Source: Gnetum montanum
Lineage: Eukaryota; Plantae; Gnetophyta
NCBI GenBank assembly: GCA_015680685.1
Contig: MNCI01000685.1
Location: forward strand, 62,001-126,000
DNA: 64,000 bases
Direction of reading: 5' to 3'
Both the position numbers and the translations under genes were made by a program. How positions within the stretch are numbered: the first letter of the stretch is position 1; each line of letters begins with the position of its first letter. Below are positions 12,641-26,546 of the stretch, in pieces. The notes under the pieces were generated by a model. It was not told where the DNA came from, ran no database searches, and was given only the letters and a program-made list of their open reading frames with translations.

Positions 12641-13148
12641 GCAACTGACCACAACTTGAATATATATATATATAATTAATATATGTATATAATATAGCAG
12701 TATATATATGTAACTATAATAATATTTAGTATACATAGTAGTAAGTAATAAACTTTAATATGTATATGCTTAATATTAACATATATAATAAATAACATAT
12801 ATATTGACTTATATAATATTTAACCATAACATATATATCCTATACTTATGCTTAGATAAGTCTATATAGTATTATTAAAACATGTATACGTTACAGTACT
12901 AGTTTAAATAATATTTAATTTAAAGTATTAGTTAAATTATTTNTAGAATTTGAATTAGCCAACCATATAATGCGATGGAAATTAAATAAGTTTTGGATAA
13001 GTGGCAAAGTTGGTTAGTAGAATTGGTGGGAATTTCAACTTTATCTTACACTATAGAAAGAGATGTTAATTGTTTGGAAATGCATCATTTCTCAATTCAA
13101 CACTTAAGTGAGAGGAGCAAGTGAAGTGTTTAAGTGTGAGGTAGAAAA

Positions 13149-13631
13149 ATGGTTCTTGGAGAGAGGGTAACAAGAAGACCTTTTATCTCATATGTTATGG
13201 GATGCTACCCAGAGCATGTCTTAAGAGCCTATTGTAAGGAAACTATTCATGGAGCATCTAGTAAAGGGCCTTTCTTACTTTGGCTTTCAGATGGGTTTAG
13301 ATTTCTCATTGGTAGACTTTCTATACGTTCTAATGTGTAGGATAGCTTTCATGAATGCACCACTAAAGCTGAGTACCAAAGAGAGTCCAATAAAGATGAT
13401 TCTTGGTAAGAGGCTTTCATGTCTCAAGACACAGAAGCAACTAGTTTAGAAGAACCTCAAAAATCAGTAGTTAAAGAGTTGGATGCAAAAGAAACAAAAA
13501 AAGTTGTTGAAGACAAAGTTGAAGACCAAGTTGAGGCTTGAACTAGGCAAGAAGAGAAAAAAAGAACATTAATCACTACTAAAATTACATATGAAAGGGT
13601 CCATGATATGAGAATCCCTAAAAGAGTTTAA
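13149..13631 (+). pseudogene. Possible extra ORF in the Tat 3' region (~160 codons, three in-frame stops, acidic/lysine-rich C-terminus)
   Basis: ORF 13149-13340 continues in frame to 13631 (EEPQKSVVKELDAKETKKVVEDKVEDQVEA); no recognised domain. Confidence 0.4.
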
Positions 13632-15518
13632 CTATTCTTTACCCACCTACAGAATAGTTGTATGAGATTGTGCTTGTATAGTTTCCTAAGTTTTATTAGA
13701 AATGAAGTTTTTATTTCACCACACCTTAAGTTTGATGGAGGTTTTCCTTAAAAAAGATTTCTTTTTCTATGTAAAGGATGTTCTTAATAGAATTATTTTC
13801 CTAGCTGATGTGTAAAAAAGGGGGTAAGCAATGTTGTCACATAAGGCCATTTAATTGTGCAAGCTTTGTGAAGTTAAGTGTAGAAAATTTAATCAATTAA
13901 AAACAAAGGAAAGTGAATAAAAAATATCACTTTTCTTTGAAATTGTTTTGATTGATGATTTAGCTTTAGCTTTGAAAGATGTTTTGGGGTTTTGAGAATG
14001 TGAAGGTTTGTGACTTTGTGCATTTAGGAATAGGCTAATAATTCCTTTGTTATGCTAGAAAACAAGGATAGAATAAGAAGTTTAAAGGCTTAGGTTACCA
14101 ATGTTATTTCTTTTTTTTTTTTTTTAAAAAAAGGTATATGTTGAGAGCAAAAACTTTTCAAATTAAGTTGAGTTTTTTGTGCATGAAACACAATAGGGAT
14201 ATAATGATGTTGGCACATTCAATATATACAATAGGCTACATTACCCCGACATCAAAGTTGACTTGAATTTGCTAGATGAAAATCTTATTAAAATGCTACA
14301 TTCATTACCTTGTTCCAAGTACAAAGTTGTTAATAAACAACCTGACACAACAACTATCGCTTTCATTGACTATTTTGAGTTCAACATGAAATTCACTCAT
14401 GTAAAGAGAAAGTTCAGGATTCCACTTCCTCATATAGATGAAAGGAAGAAACTAAAACTGATAAAAGAGGTGAGTTGTAATAGACATCTTGAATCACAAA
14501 GGATAAAGATGAAATTGATATTTTTAAGAATGTGACATGAAATATTGTATTGGCTAGAATTATTTGGTGCAAATTAAAGTGGTTAATATGCGATTTTAAA
14601 AGAACATATATCAAATTCTATTACAGAAGTTCATGGCAAAGCAAGTTTGGTTTTAACCCATAACGTCATCCTAGAAGCAGTGTTGTAAAATTGGTTCATG
14701 AATCTCAAAGGCCTATTTTAAAGTAATCAAATGAAAGAAACCAAGAATCACATTGGTAAACTTATGAGCATTATATTTTATTTTCTGTTGAACAGATCTA
14801 AAGCTTGATGAGAGCATCCATAAGAGGCATATCTTGCAACCATGCAATTATAGGGGATAGTATTTCTGAGAGCCAATTCATCAATACCTATTGCGCATCT
14901 TGCAAACCTATCACCAAACAAATATTATACCCATTTTTTCTCTCAATCATCTTACTAAAAACATAAGTAAGAATGTTTGTAATATTATAATTCTATTAAG
15001 ATTTGCCATAGAAGAGCTTATGTTGTTGAAAAGCCTGAAGAGCAATTTAATAGTAATTTCTTAATAAAATTACCTTTTTTAAGCATAAAGGATTTAGGAA
15101 AATCTTTGGTATTTTGAGATGACTGAAATAGCTTAATTGTTTTAAAGTGTATTGCCTTGGCATTTCAATCCTAAATTATCAAATTTTTTGAAGGCTTTGT
15201 TGAATGCAATCTTTGACAACTATTAACTAGCCAAAATATAGACTTGTACTTTGTTATTTACATAGCATTTTTTATAGTATAATAGGATTGTCTTTACAAA
15301 ATTGCTTGTTGAGCTTAGAGGGTTTGAACAATTCATAGTTAGATTGAACTAAAATAGCTTTATTACAAAGTGTTTTCTTTTGTCAATTTATCTTGCTTAA
15401 ATATTTGAGATTTCACACAAATCTACTTTCTTTTATTTCTTTTTCTAAGTCCATTTAATCTTGCTCTATTTCTAGTTTTCATATGGAACTTTCTCTCTGG
15501 GGGAAATTAGGAGTAGAT

Positions 15519-15906
15519 TGGTAGAATTATGCTCAAATATTTTTGCAAAATTTTATTTGTTATAAGTAACATACTATAAGGACTATGTAGGCTAAGTGAT
15601 TAGAAAAAATAGAAATAATTCAAGAACTCATAATATTTGATAAAGTTAGTCAAATCTCTTTTATGATAGTTGATTATAGTTTTATACACAACCCAACCAT
15701 TTCAACATTCGCAACAGCAAACACATACTCATGATTAGTTTGTTTTATAACTATTAAGTCTATTTGGAGGTGTTTGGTCCTTGGTGTTGCTAGAGACTAG
15801 TAAGCACCTAAATCCTATTTGAAGAACACCTTTGATCTCATGACCCCCAGTCATGCGAACGAAGGCTTATAATTGTTGGCAATCTTGTCCCAAATGGTTG
15901 CCAACA
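15519..15906 (+). repeat. Probable 3' LTR of the Tat element
   Basis: Follows purine tract; ends ...TTGCCAACA exactly where element A accessory exon homology begins; partner LTR not in window. Confidence 0.55.
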
Positions 15907-17816
15907 AGTTTTCCCTCCATATCTTCTACTAATTCTTCTAACATTAGTTACTTATTCTTAACATTAGTCCAGATTCTTTTCTTCATTTCTATAAAATCCA
16001 AACATTAGCTAAGTTATTCTAACATATGTGTAAGATCATGTTAACTTTTGACGTCATGTCAAAGTTGATGTAGCATAAAACATAGAAAACTTGAAATTTA
16101 TCACTTCCTTAATCCACTTGTAGATCTTCTTGTCCTTTAAAACTAGTCTACTTGGTGGTGAATTTATCTCTTTAGGGGAAGGAATATCTATTTGTAGAAG
16201 TTCATGTCTTCCTCCATCCATCTCCTTACTTTCTTATTATTCTTATCTTGTTTCATTTGAATCCAAATCGAAGAACTTAGAATGCAAATTAACACTTTGT
16301 TTATTGGCCTCTTCATTTTATTCTAATTAAAGTAAGTTAGTAAGAAAATCTAACTTCTTCTCATTCATATATTCCATTTAACCTTTGGGGATGGAAGGAA
16401 GAGTGCATTAGAGCTTCTTTACCTCTCATTCCATGACTCTTTTTTCTCATGTAGTCCCTACAAATATCAAGTCTTATTAATGTCACATCATTTACAATTA
16501 ATGTAGTATTAAAATACAATGTTATGTCACTTACACTTAGCAAATAAAGTAACTTAAAAAAATGTTCTTGATACTTATTTTCTTTTGTAGCATCTCTTGA
16601 GATACCTTCATTACAGGAGTCTTTGAGGATACATCTTCCTCTTGGAAAAGAGGCTTTCTCTTCCTTGAAGTCTTCTCTTTTTTAACTATTTTGGAGGTAC
16701 TTTCTAAAATTTCCTCCTTTACTACTATGACATCTTACTTATTTTCTTCTATGGCTCATTAATGCTTTTCATCATTGAGGACACCACCTCTTTCTTGATC
16801 TTTGATGTTGACATCAAAGAACCCTATTCATCAATGTTATACATAGACACTAGACTCCCCATAGTTGATACAATGGGAACCTAAAGTTTGGCTTAGAAGC
16901 AACATCTAATTGCTTGCCTTCTCCTCTAGTAAAAAAAGTTTCCATTGGTCTTAGCAAGCCATAACAGAAATCAAGATTAAGCCTCTTACTCATCATGTTT
17001 TTTTTCCTTCTTGTTCTCTTGAGGTAGTTTTTCTATATCCTCTACTGTTTCCTTATAGATAACTGGTCCCTTCTCAAGTATCCTTTTCTAGGACATAACT
17101 TCATATAAGCTATACAATTACTTGGAAACTAGCTGCTATTTGTGACTAATTTTATCACAAAATAACCACTCAATGAATAAGGGGAAGAGGTTCTTTAAGT
17201 ATTCATTCATTTCCTTGTGCATATTGATGATGTTTCTTTTCTCAAATCCCACTCATTTCTCCACCACCGTTAGCTCTATTGGGTCAAGTGTCGAGCCATC
17301 AATCTTTATTCCTTACTTAGGGAAGCATAATTAATACCTTAGTATTGCAGGATCCCAAGTGATGAATACCTGCTTCTAATCCATGTGAACTACAAAAATA
17401 GCTTTCTCTATAGGATAGCGTTTAACTAATCCTACGTACTTTTTTGCACCAGAATAGGGATGGATTAGACCTAAGGCACATAAGATTCTAGCTCTATATA
17501 ACTTACTAAACTACCTCATTCATTCTTCTTTTAATAATCAATTTTGGGTACTTTGTGTCTCATTAGTTATCTTGGCTTTAAATTCCTCTACTAAGCTAAT
17601 CACATCAACAAATCTGGCATCATCAAGACTTATTTGAGCTACAATAATCATCCAAATATTGTTAGGATAGTCAAAAAAAATTCTTTTTTCTTCTAATAAA
17701 AATTTAATTACAGATGCTTACTCTTCAGTCTAAGAATGAGCCTTGGCTCCTTGGACCACTTCACATTTTGCTTGTGAGTTTCATTCTATAATGGATGGAG
17801 CCATCTCCTATTTCAT
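15907..17816 (-). pseudogene. Intron-containing accessory gene, copy A (plant-transposon-protein / Transposase_32-like)
   Basis: Peptide conserved with 51129-53050 (KQVFITWDPAILRY / KQVMITWVLATLRY; LYSLYEVMS / LYTLYETMS; SKRLN); introns at 17639-17711, 16458-16574, 15989-16073. Confidence 0.75.
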
Positions 17817-18217
17817 ACTCACTCTAGAATCTATGGAGTCTCAAGCTTCTACACTAAGCTTTAAAATATGACAAAACCTATAGTTAAAAGTTGTAATGCT
17901 AGGATAGATCTTGTAGCTCATTCTATAAAAATTCTAGATGATTTGGACCTTGCACATTAGGATTCATAAACCTACACATTCACATCATAGTTAACTCTAA
18001 CTAATACTCAACCTATTATTCATTTAGCTAGATATTTCTACTAATTATTCAAATATTTATGTCACCTTTCTACAAAGATTTGTAAACCTAGAGAATTTCT
18101 ATAGTTTGTGTCTCTAGCAACAATTTACTATCGACACTAAATTGTCAATATTCTCTTCTCTTCCATAGTGTGTCCAAACGTTTCCTATATACTAGGATAT
18201 AGCTCCTCTATCTCCCA

Positions 18218-18530
18218 TCATTTCTCATAGACAATCTTCTTTAGTTTAGCTAGAAATCTAAGGAGTATGCCCTCTAGAGCCCTTAAAATAATTTCTCCTC
18301 CCAAGGTGATCCAAATTACCATATGTAAGTAACCGATGTAGAACTTTAAGAACTCTATGGCTCCTTGCCAAGTCCATAATTTAGAGGGCATCAAGAAAGC
18401 ATAATTGAATAAGGGCTTATGCTTAATAGGTCCTACCTTCATCCCCCTATTCTTTAAAATACTTTTGTCATCTATCAAAAATAAAAGTAGTGGCTCAATC
18501 ACCATGAGCCTCGAGGTTGTAGCATCTTTG
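18218..18530 (-). pseudogene. Conserved hydrophobic coding exon upstream of the accessory gene, copy A
   Basis: KPLFNYAFLMPSKLWTWQGAIEFLKFYIGYLHMVIWITLG aligns with KPLFKDNTLILPKLWARKGVVELLIFYIAYFHVVIWMSLG at 50486-50725. Confidence 0.6.
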
Positions 18531-19811
18531 CAAAATAACAACATTTAACTTAGTTATGTTGAAAACATAGTATGATGCATCATTTTGAAATGAATGATAT
18601 TTGAAGTTGAATGCCTCTTAACATGTGGCAAAACTTTATTTTGCATTAAAAGGCTTTTACCATTACTTTTCAATATCTAGCATGAATTCCTACATTGAAC
18701 CATGCTTAACATCTAATGTTGTTTGCTCAATAATAATCTCTTTGATGTCTCACATCATAACTAGAATTGACATTATACATTAAATATCTATTTTGTATAA
18801 TAATATTAAATTACATGAATTCTTTCTACATGACACATCATATTGTACGTTGAATTCTTCATGTCATGTGATTTGTTGAAAAACCTAAAAATCCTCTTTT
18901 TCTTAGAAATTCATTAAAACTATCACAAATTGTCTTTTCAAAATGCTATAATATGCTCATTGCTATGATCTAAGCTTAAAATGCTCATAAGACCCTTAAA
19001 TCAGTTTTAGTTTTAGGATTTCTTTTTCCTAGTGGCTCTAGTGTTGCTATTTCCTACAACAATGATGAAAAATTACTTTCATACTAAAATCTAGATTCTA
19101 AATCTACTAAAACCTAAGACAAATTATTCTTTTTCTAACCATGATCAACAAATAATAACATTCATACATATGCATTTTAACTTCTGCATTAGAAAATACA
19201 AATCTATCAATCACTTAAAATTTAGGTATCACCCATGGGTTTCTTGATTCCCTTAATAAAATCAAACATAAATACTCAATGTGCATCTTAAAAATTACAT
19301 AATCTAGCTAATTCTGCTTAAATTAGACCTAGCATAACATTTGCTAATAAAATTTTTTCAAAAAATTCAAGAACCAAAATCGTTGCTATGGTAAAGCATA
19401 CAAAAGAAGTACTTAACTACATGCAAATTTCTAACTAGGATTCATGTTTCTAATATTTGAACCTTGGAAGAAAGAATGTAGGATTATGATAGTTTTCTAT
19501 TACTATTGCTTGCACCCATAGACCTTCACCTACTATAATTACTTGTCATTGTTTATTACCTAATTTCTATCCTATCATTTTTTGCTTTTGGCTTTGTTCT
19601 CATGTCAATTCCTAAGTTGATTTGTTGCAAATGAAAGATTTCATAATAATTTATTCTTATTCTTTACTTATATAGCCTAATAAAGTGACATCATTTTTTA
19701 GGGGATTTAACTTTTAACACACATTGTTGTAATGTCACTTAGTTGTGATGTTTCACATTATTTCTTTTGTAAATACATTCTTGAACTTTAGCTACTTTGA
19801 TTTTTATGCAG

Positions 19812-20528
19812 GTGAACATGGCTACCTACATATTATCCCTACTTTAGCCTCTCATCTCAGACTATCTTATAGATTAGGTATGTAGAATCCTAGAAATGTC
19901 TTTTATTAACTTTATTTCATGTTCAATAAATGTTATATCTCCCATTTCTTTTCTAGATATTATTGTGGATGAGTTACTTTCCTAGTCAAATCTCTCTTTC
20001 CTTGATTAAGAGCTCACTTTGAAAAATGATTACTTGATTGAGCTACCTATGCTAACCAATAAAGATGAGCATAAGATGCTTCAACTTAGTGCTCTTCTCC
20101 TTCAACACTACCAAGAAGCTATCTTAGCTACTTTACATAAGGACTTAGTTACTTTTGCATAGGATTATAGTGACATGCTTGGTCTAGATCCAAGGCTAAT
20201 ACACCATAATTTTGTTTTGAAAGAATACTTCAAGCTTGTTAAACAATAGGTTAGGAAAATTTGTTGAGGTATATCTCTTACTATAAAAGAAGAAATAATT
20301 AAACTCTACAATGTTGGATTTATTTATCTTGTTAACTATTCTAATTGGATCTCCAATGTGGTTGTAGTTCCCAAAAAGAATGGTAACATTCACATATGCA
20401 TTGATTTTCGAGACATTAATAAGGTCATACTTAAAGATGATATTTATATATCAAATATCGATCAACATATAGACTCAATAATTGGACATGCTCTCTTATG
20501 CTTTATGGATGGATTTTTTTGTTACTCT
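19812..20528 (+). pseudogene. Spliced 5' part of RT gene, copy A (66-nt exon 19812-19877, intron 19878-19956, RT exon from 19957)
   Basis: TGCAG|GTGAAC...TTAG|GTATGT...TTTCTAG|; RT motifs DYSDMLGLDP, WISNVVVVPKKNG, ICIDFRDINK, FMDGF; cut at 20528. Confidence 0.8.
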
Positions 20529-22033
20529 TGTGGTAGCAATTGTCATAATGAGTAGAAACTAACACAACCTACATGAAACTGAGCTAAGTAGTTCATGGCC
20601 ACCAAATGATTTGGGAAAAACTAACCTTTTAGAAAATCTTCCTTAGATCGAAAGGGAACTTGGGGATCAAAGAATAAATCTAGCAATTTGAGTTACACAT
20701 TTTTCCAATGTGAGTGGATATGGAGTAGGAAGGGATTATGTGCACATGAAAAATACCTAAGCATAGAGAAAATGTAGTGCAACATATAATCATGATTGAT
20801 AAAGCATTTGAAATAGTGCATAGAGAAAAATAAAGCTATCAATGAACATGTGTAAGCCAAGAAGGAAAATATGAGCAAAAAAGATCTAAAGCAAATCTAG
20901 AAAAAACTGGAGATAAAATATTACAAAAGGGAAAACCAAAATTTACAAATCAAAATAAAGAAACCTACAAAAGTATGCTCCCAAAGATCTACCAAAGATT
21001 GAGGGCTTCAAATGAGGAGTTTTGTTACCTTGTTCTTACTTCAATGTCTGCATTGGTGCAAATACAACATGAATGATAGTGGATCTAGTAGCTGATGATT
21101 GTAGAAGGAAGATTAGATCAATGTGTTAATATGATTCTCAAGGAATCTTTAGGTTTCAGGAGGAAAACATGAAGTGGATACAATATATCAGCAGGGAAAA
21201 GAGAGAAAAAGCAAAATAGAGCTTAAATTAACAATAGATCTTTTGAAAGCAAAGTGTTGATAAGCTCTGTCTAAAAAGTTAAAAATGCTAGCAAGATGTT
21301 TATAAATGTCAACCCTTGATATTTAGGGGTATTCTCCTATATATAGGCCAAAAAGCCCTTTTAGATAATGTAGGAATGATGTAGTTAGAATCATAGAATC
21401 TTTTGAAAGTTTCTAGATAGGAGAAATGATGTAGAATGTAAAGTTTGACATCAGACATTAAAAGTCTAATGTAGAACATCAAAAGTTGGAGACAAAATTT
21501 AATGTCAAATGTCAATAATAACTTCAATGTGAGATGTTAAAATATTTGATGTGGGATGTTAAAACTGATTTGACAATGTCAAATTTTGATGATAAAAATT
21601 GATGTTAGATGTCAAAGATGAAATTGACGTTGGACATTAAAAATATGATCATGATATCAAAAAGTAGATTTTATGCTAAGCATCAAAGTCATAAATGAAA
21701 AATTATGATGTTAAATAAGAAAGATGTGAGACATTAAAAAGCTAATGTGAGTCATGAAAACTAAATTCTGATGCTACAAGTTAAGGCTAAAGTAGAATCA
21801 AGGTGGATGCTGGAACTGACGCTAGACATTGAAACTAAGGTAAAGTCAAAATGGTGTGGTTAATCATGAAAAATATCATTTTTGGAAAGTTATAGATGGA
21901 AAACTAGAAATAACACAACAAATAACTCAAGATGTCAAATCTAGGCCACTGAAAATGACTTCAGAGGCTAAAAAAGCCATAAAGTATACCCAAGTCTTTG
22001 ACTCAAACCAAAAAATTACAAGTGGATACAACA
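20529..22033 (-). repeat. 3' LTR of element B (~1.5 kb)
   Basis: TG at 20529 where copy A RT stops, CA at 22033, degenerate PPT at 22034-22047 (minus AATAGAAGGTAA), TATA-like TATATA ~21338-21345. Confidence 0.7.
21430..21850. promoter_or_regulatory. U3 array of decayed TGACGT-N3-ACGTCA palindromes (~21-26-bp spacing)
   Basis: e.g. TGACATCAGACATTA, TAATGTAGAACATCA, TGATGTGGGATGTTA, TGATGTTAGATGTCA, TGACGTTGGACATTA; lies upstream of the LTR TATA on the minus strand. Confidence 0.65.
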
Positions 22034-23249
22034 TTACCTTCTATTGATGGATACTACTGAAAAGCTGAAGAAGAATCCATCAAGAAAAGGTACAAGTTGA
22101 TAAGTACTTGCAAGAGGATTTAGCGAAGTAGGAAAAAATAGGAAAGAAAGTCTAGAATGTTGCTAATACACATATGGTGGAGTGTTATGTTAAAGAAATG
22201 TGGCATGGCTAGATTCCAAGAATCATACATAGAAATATAGATAAAGCATTCCCTAACCCACTCAGTTCTCGTAATCACATCCTTATTGCAGTAAAGTAGA
22301 GACACTCGTTTAGCTTCACCAATGTAAAGTATAAAAGAGAAATGGGTAGAGAAAGAAAGGGAGCTAGGAAAAAGAAAAAAAAAAGAAAAAGAAAAAAAAG
22401 AGAAAGCAATAAAAAGCAAGAAAGAATGTTAGGAACATCACTGATTTACCTACGGTGGGATGCTATGTCACAAAAGTAAGACATGGCAAGATCCCTAAAG
22501 CTAACCTTTCCCTTACCTCACTCATATGTAGATCTCATACTTCTTATATCACTCTACACTCAACACTTCCTCATGGAATTAGGGAATAGACACTCATGTA
22601 GCCTCACTAATGCTGAATATAGAGAGGAATAGAAATAAATGAGGAAAGGGCATAAGAAAAGAAAGAGAAAATTATAGTATTATGAGAGTAGAAGTAATAA
22701 CGTACAAATGTAGAAAGCAAGAAGTGAAAAGAGAATATCACCCATACACCTATCATAAGGACTATGCTATGTCACAAATGTAGGGCATGGCTAAATCCTA
22801 TACACTATATGACTAAAAAGGATGTCATATACATGACAAAGTAACCCCTCACTATCCCACTCAATAATACACTCAATCATACCCTCACATGAAGTAATGA
22901 GATTGCAAGTCACTCAAAAAGCTTATTGGTTATTTAGAGCACATAGAGTAGAACATGACATATAGCATTGGAAGATAATAAAGAAAAGGCTAGAAAAATA
23001 GCAGAAAATGAAATAGAGAGAAGGAAAGATAGCAAAAGCAAGTTAAAGAAAAATAGAGTTTAGAACCAACCTATTATATTGACGTAATAGATAGCAAACT
23101 ACTGTTGAGAGAACACTCATTCAGTCTCAGTTAAGTAGCAATTTTAGTGCTATAGCATGCTTACAAGTAGTAGCACTTGAGAAAAATCCTATTGATAGGA
23201 TCTCAAAACTAATGTCCTTCTAGATCAAATAGGATGTACACATCATTTT

Positions 23250-26200
23250 GTAGAGATTGAATCACTAGGAAAGAACCCTGCTAGTTGGGAGAGAGCTTTG
23301 GAAGATTACCTTCATGAATATTTCTAACTTGAAGATGTTTGGAGGGATTGTGTTGAAAATTTGCTTGATATTCATGTAAATGATGAAGAGAAGCTTATTG
23401 ATGTTCTTCAAGAAGATCCAATTCAATGCATCGCATACCTTTGTTATCATGATTTGAACACCAATCATGTAGAGAAACATGGAGAGATGGGATATGGAAC
23501 TCAACTATTAAGATTGCCTCACACCCATAGGTTATAAAGTAAGGGGTATGATTAGTGGTTGTACAAAAAGTGGTACAATAAAACCAAAGGACATGAGACA
23601 ACTTCAAGTACTAGTTATATTGGGTTTTATCAACCATGATACGGAGAAAGCGTATAAGCACCTTATTAGTAGACATGGTCTACCCATTAGAATGAGGTAA
23701 TAAGATGATGAAAATAATTGGATAATGTGATACATAGAACAAAAATCAACTACCTCCTTACTTTTGAAATGAGATTTACTATTAGTTATAATTTGGAGAG
23801 TTATCTTGAAGCAAGATATGATATGATCAAGGATGAAACAACAGTTAACATGGGATTTGGTGGAGCATAAAGGGATGGCTTCTACCCACTTAGTGAAATA
23901 GTCCATAGTAGTTAGTAAAATTTGATGACCAGTAGATGAAGAAGGATTTATGGCACTAATTAGATATAAACCTTACTTTTAAAAGGACAATGTGATTTGA
24001 GACATATTGGGCTCTTGTGAAAGAACAAGAATAAAAGAACTATTTCCCTGACAACTATCACATGCTTTAACTAGATGATAAGCATCTTTGATTAAGGTTG
24101 ACCACGAATAGGCTATAAAAATTATACAACCAACTACGAAGTGTGAACCTCAATGTTCATTACCAACTACTACGTGAACCTGATTAAGGACTATCTTAAA
24201 CTCTGTAGGACTAAGATAATGTAGAAGAACAACCAAGAAGAAACTTGACAAAGGATATCATGATTCATTAATTGGAAATGTTGACTACATTTATGTAAGA
24301 CATCCTTTTAAGTAGGCATAAGATGACTAGGTGTTTCCCCAGTTGTAAGGTAGTGAAGAAGATCAACATATTATTGATTGTCATGTTCTACATTGATAGT
24401 GCTTACTAACATATCAAAAGATTACTTAATAGGTGTTAAGCAAATAGACTAGATGAGTTAATCATGCATGGAAGTAGGATCATCATGAATGACAAGAGTT
24501 ACTAGTGCATCAACTAGCATGTTCTCAAAATAAGGGATCTGGCTCAAAGTAGGACCAAAGAAGGAAAATATAAGTTCCTTAGCCATTTGAAGGTAAGGAA
24601 GTAGGTTGGAAGTATTGCAATCATAGTCATCATTAACTTGATTTATGATGAGTTATAAATCACTATAAACAGTAATAGTTTTAACTTAATTTTGTAAAAT
24701 GAGCAAGAAAGCTTTTACAAGAACGTCATATTCAACAATATGGTTAATTTAAGGGAAATCAAGTTTTTTAGTTTGATAAAGAACTTATTTTAGTCAAAAG
24801 AATAAGGACATAAGCTACACTAGATCTGAGAAATTTGTGTGCTCCATCAAAATAAAGAACAACATCTGAATTACCTACAAGATGTTGTAAGCTATGTACA
24901 GTATTCATTGTTTCATAAGAAGAGATGAGATCAGCTATATCTTAACCTTTGATCAAGTGTTGAGATAAGAAAGAAATATCAAACTCTATGAAAAGTCTTT
25001 CATTGAGCTAAGAAATGGTTATCAAAATGATTATTAGCCATAAACTTAAGGATATTATCTTTGTAGATGATAAAGTCCTTAGTATTTAGATGGTAGTACC
25101 TTCACCTTTTGAGAGAAGATAAAACTTAAGCAATATTTTTTGATGTTAGAATATCTAGTTTCACAATCTAAAAAGGGGTAAGATATGTAGTATACAAAAA
25201 GATCAACTCTGTCTTCTCATCATTGAGAAAGCATAGAAGAGATGAAATGGTTAGACTTAGAAGGATAAATATAATAAGGTTGGTTAAATTGCAAAGGATG
25301 AAGAATGGGAAGAGTCATTAAAGCTTCTTTAATAAAATCAAAGGCCTTTTAGCACTTCTCATCCTAAATAAAGGAAGTGGATTTATAAAGAAAATGAATT
25401 AAAGAATGACAACAATTAGTAAGTTTGGAAATGAAGCAATGAATTGATTGAAGATGACCTTGAAGGACACACATACTTTGAATATCCTTAGGAAGTGTGA
25501 GATCTAGGATAGCTTTGACTTTATCAAGATGAATGGCTATGCAATATTGAGAGATAATGGTAACCTCAAATTTTTCTTGTAAGAACTCAAAAAATATACT
25601 TTTTGGGATTAAGACACAGGTTGAACTTGTCATAGAGAGGTAGAACTTGATCTAAGTTAGAAGCATGATCAGTAGCTAAGGTAGACCTTATGGTTTAATT
25701 CTCAACGTAGTCATCAACTATATCAAACATCATATCATTAAAGATAAAGGTCGTAGTTCATTGATAGGTAGCTACAACATTTTTAATACCAAAAGGCATT
25801 TTGGTATAATACAATGTTCCCTAAGGAGTCATAAATGTGGTTCTAGATTTATTTGAACTTAATTATAATTAGAAAAACCATCTGTAAAGGAGAAAAGAGG
25901 ATGACTAGCTCTAGAATCAATTAGTTGATCTATATTAGGCAAAGGAAAATCATCCTTAAGAGTGACCTTATTAAAATCTTTAAATTCAATGCAAATATGA
26001 ATTTCATCATTGTTCTTGGGAACTATAACCATATTAGAAATTTAATCAAAATAGTCAATAGGAAAAATGGACCACTATTAAAGAGTTTTATTTTCTCTTC
26101 TTTTATAGCAAGAGCTATGGTAGGATGAATCTTCTTAACCTTCTATTTGATCGGTTTAGAACCTTTCTCCAAGATGATATTATGTTCAACAAGCTTTGGA

Positions 26201-26472
26201 TCTAGACCAAACGTATCACTATATTCCCAAGTGAAAGCAAGTGAATGATTCTATATGATTAATATCCCAAGTGAGAGCAATTGAATGATTCTATAAGATT
26301 AATAAAATAGACTCTTGAAGATCTAAAGAAAGAAGGACACTACGATGAAGGATCTTTTATTCACCTTTGCAACTTAGCATAGGAAGATTGCTCAATTAAT
26401 CATTAGTTAAGAGCGGCTTTCATTCGAAGAAAGAGAATTCTAACTAAGGCATAAGCTCATATTTAGTCTTGT
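23250..26472 (-). pseudogene. RT-RH-aRH-INT of element B (Ogre/Retand-type order)
   Basis: RT ~26470-25400; RH ~25270-24960; aRH VLYFDGA / NHIVEY / YSDL ~24870-24500; integrase DYFTKWVEAIPL and TPYFITYGCEAIL ~24200-23250. Confidence 0.9.
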
Positions 26473-26546
26473 CTAAAGAGGATAAGAGAGAAATTCAGTT
26501 TGACAGTAAGTCAAGGAAATAGGGGTCTAAAGTTTTACATACCTGG

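Larger units (their letters stand above)
950..15906 (+). mobile_element. Decayed Tat-clade Gypsy LTR retrotransposon, domain order gag-PR-aRH-RT-RH-INT (TatI/TatII-type), interrupted by Copia 1503-7296 and element 7743-9097
   Basis: gag tail (HLVKDLKNVKANISIYQLL), protease LVDSGA, additional RNase H LYFDGS/NNKAEYEAL/KGDS, RT FLDGFSGYNQI/HLDD, integrase; PPT-like GGGGGAAATTAGGAGTAGA ~15499-15517 and LTR-like end TTGCCAACA at 15906. Confidence 0.8.
15907..20528. mobile_element. Element A: internal fragment of split-pol Tat/Ogre-like retrotransposon (divergent accessory gene and spliced RT)
   Basis: Inverted homolog of element B (49044-53050 and 25870-26546); truncated left by the Tat LTR and right by the LTR of element B. 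Confidence 0.85.

Noticed and set aside
15874-15906. TGTTGGCAA...TTGCCAACA hairpin as a tiny TIR element
   Set aside because: No TSD; better explained as the end of the Tat 3' LTR
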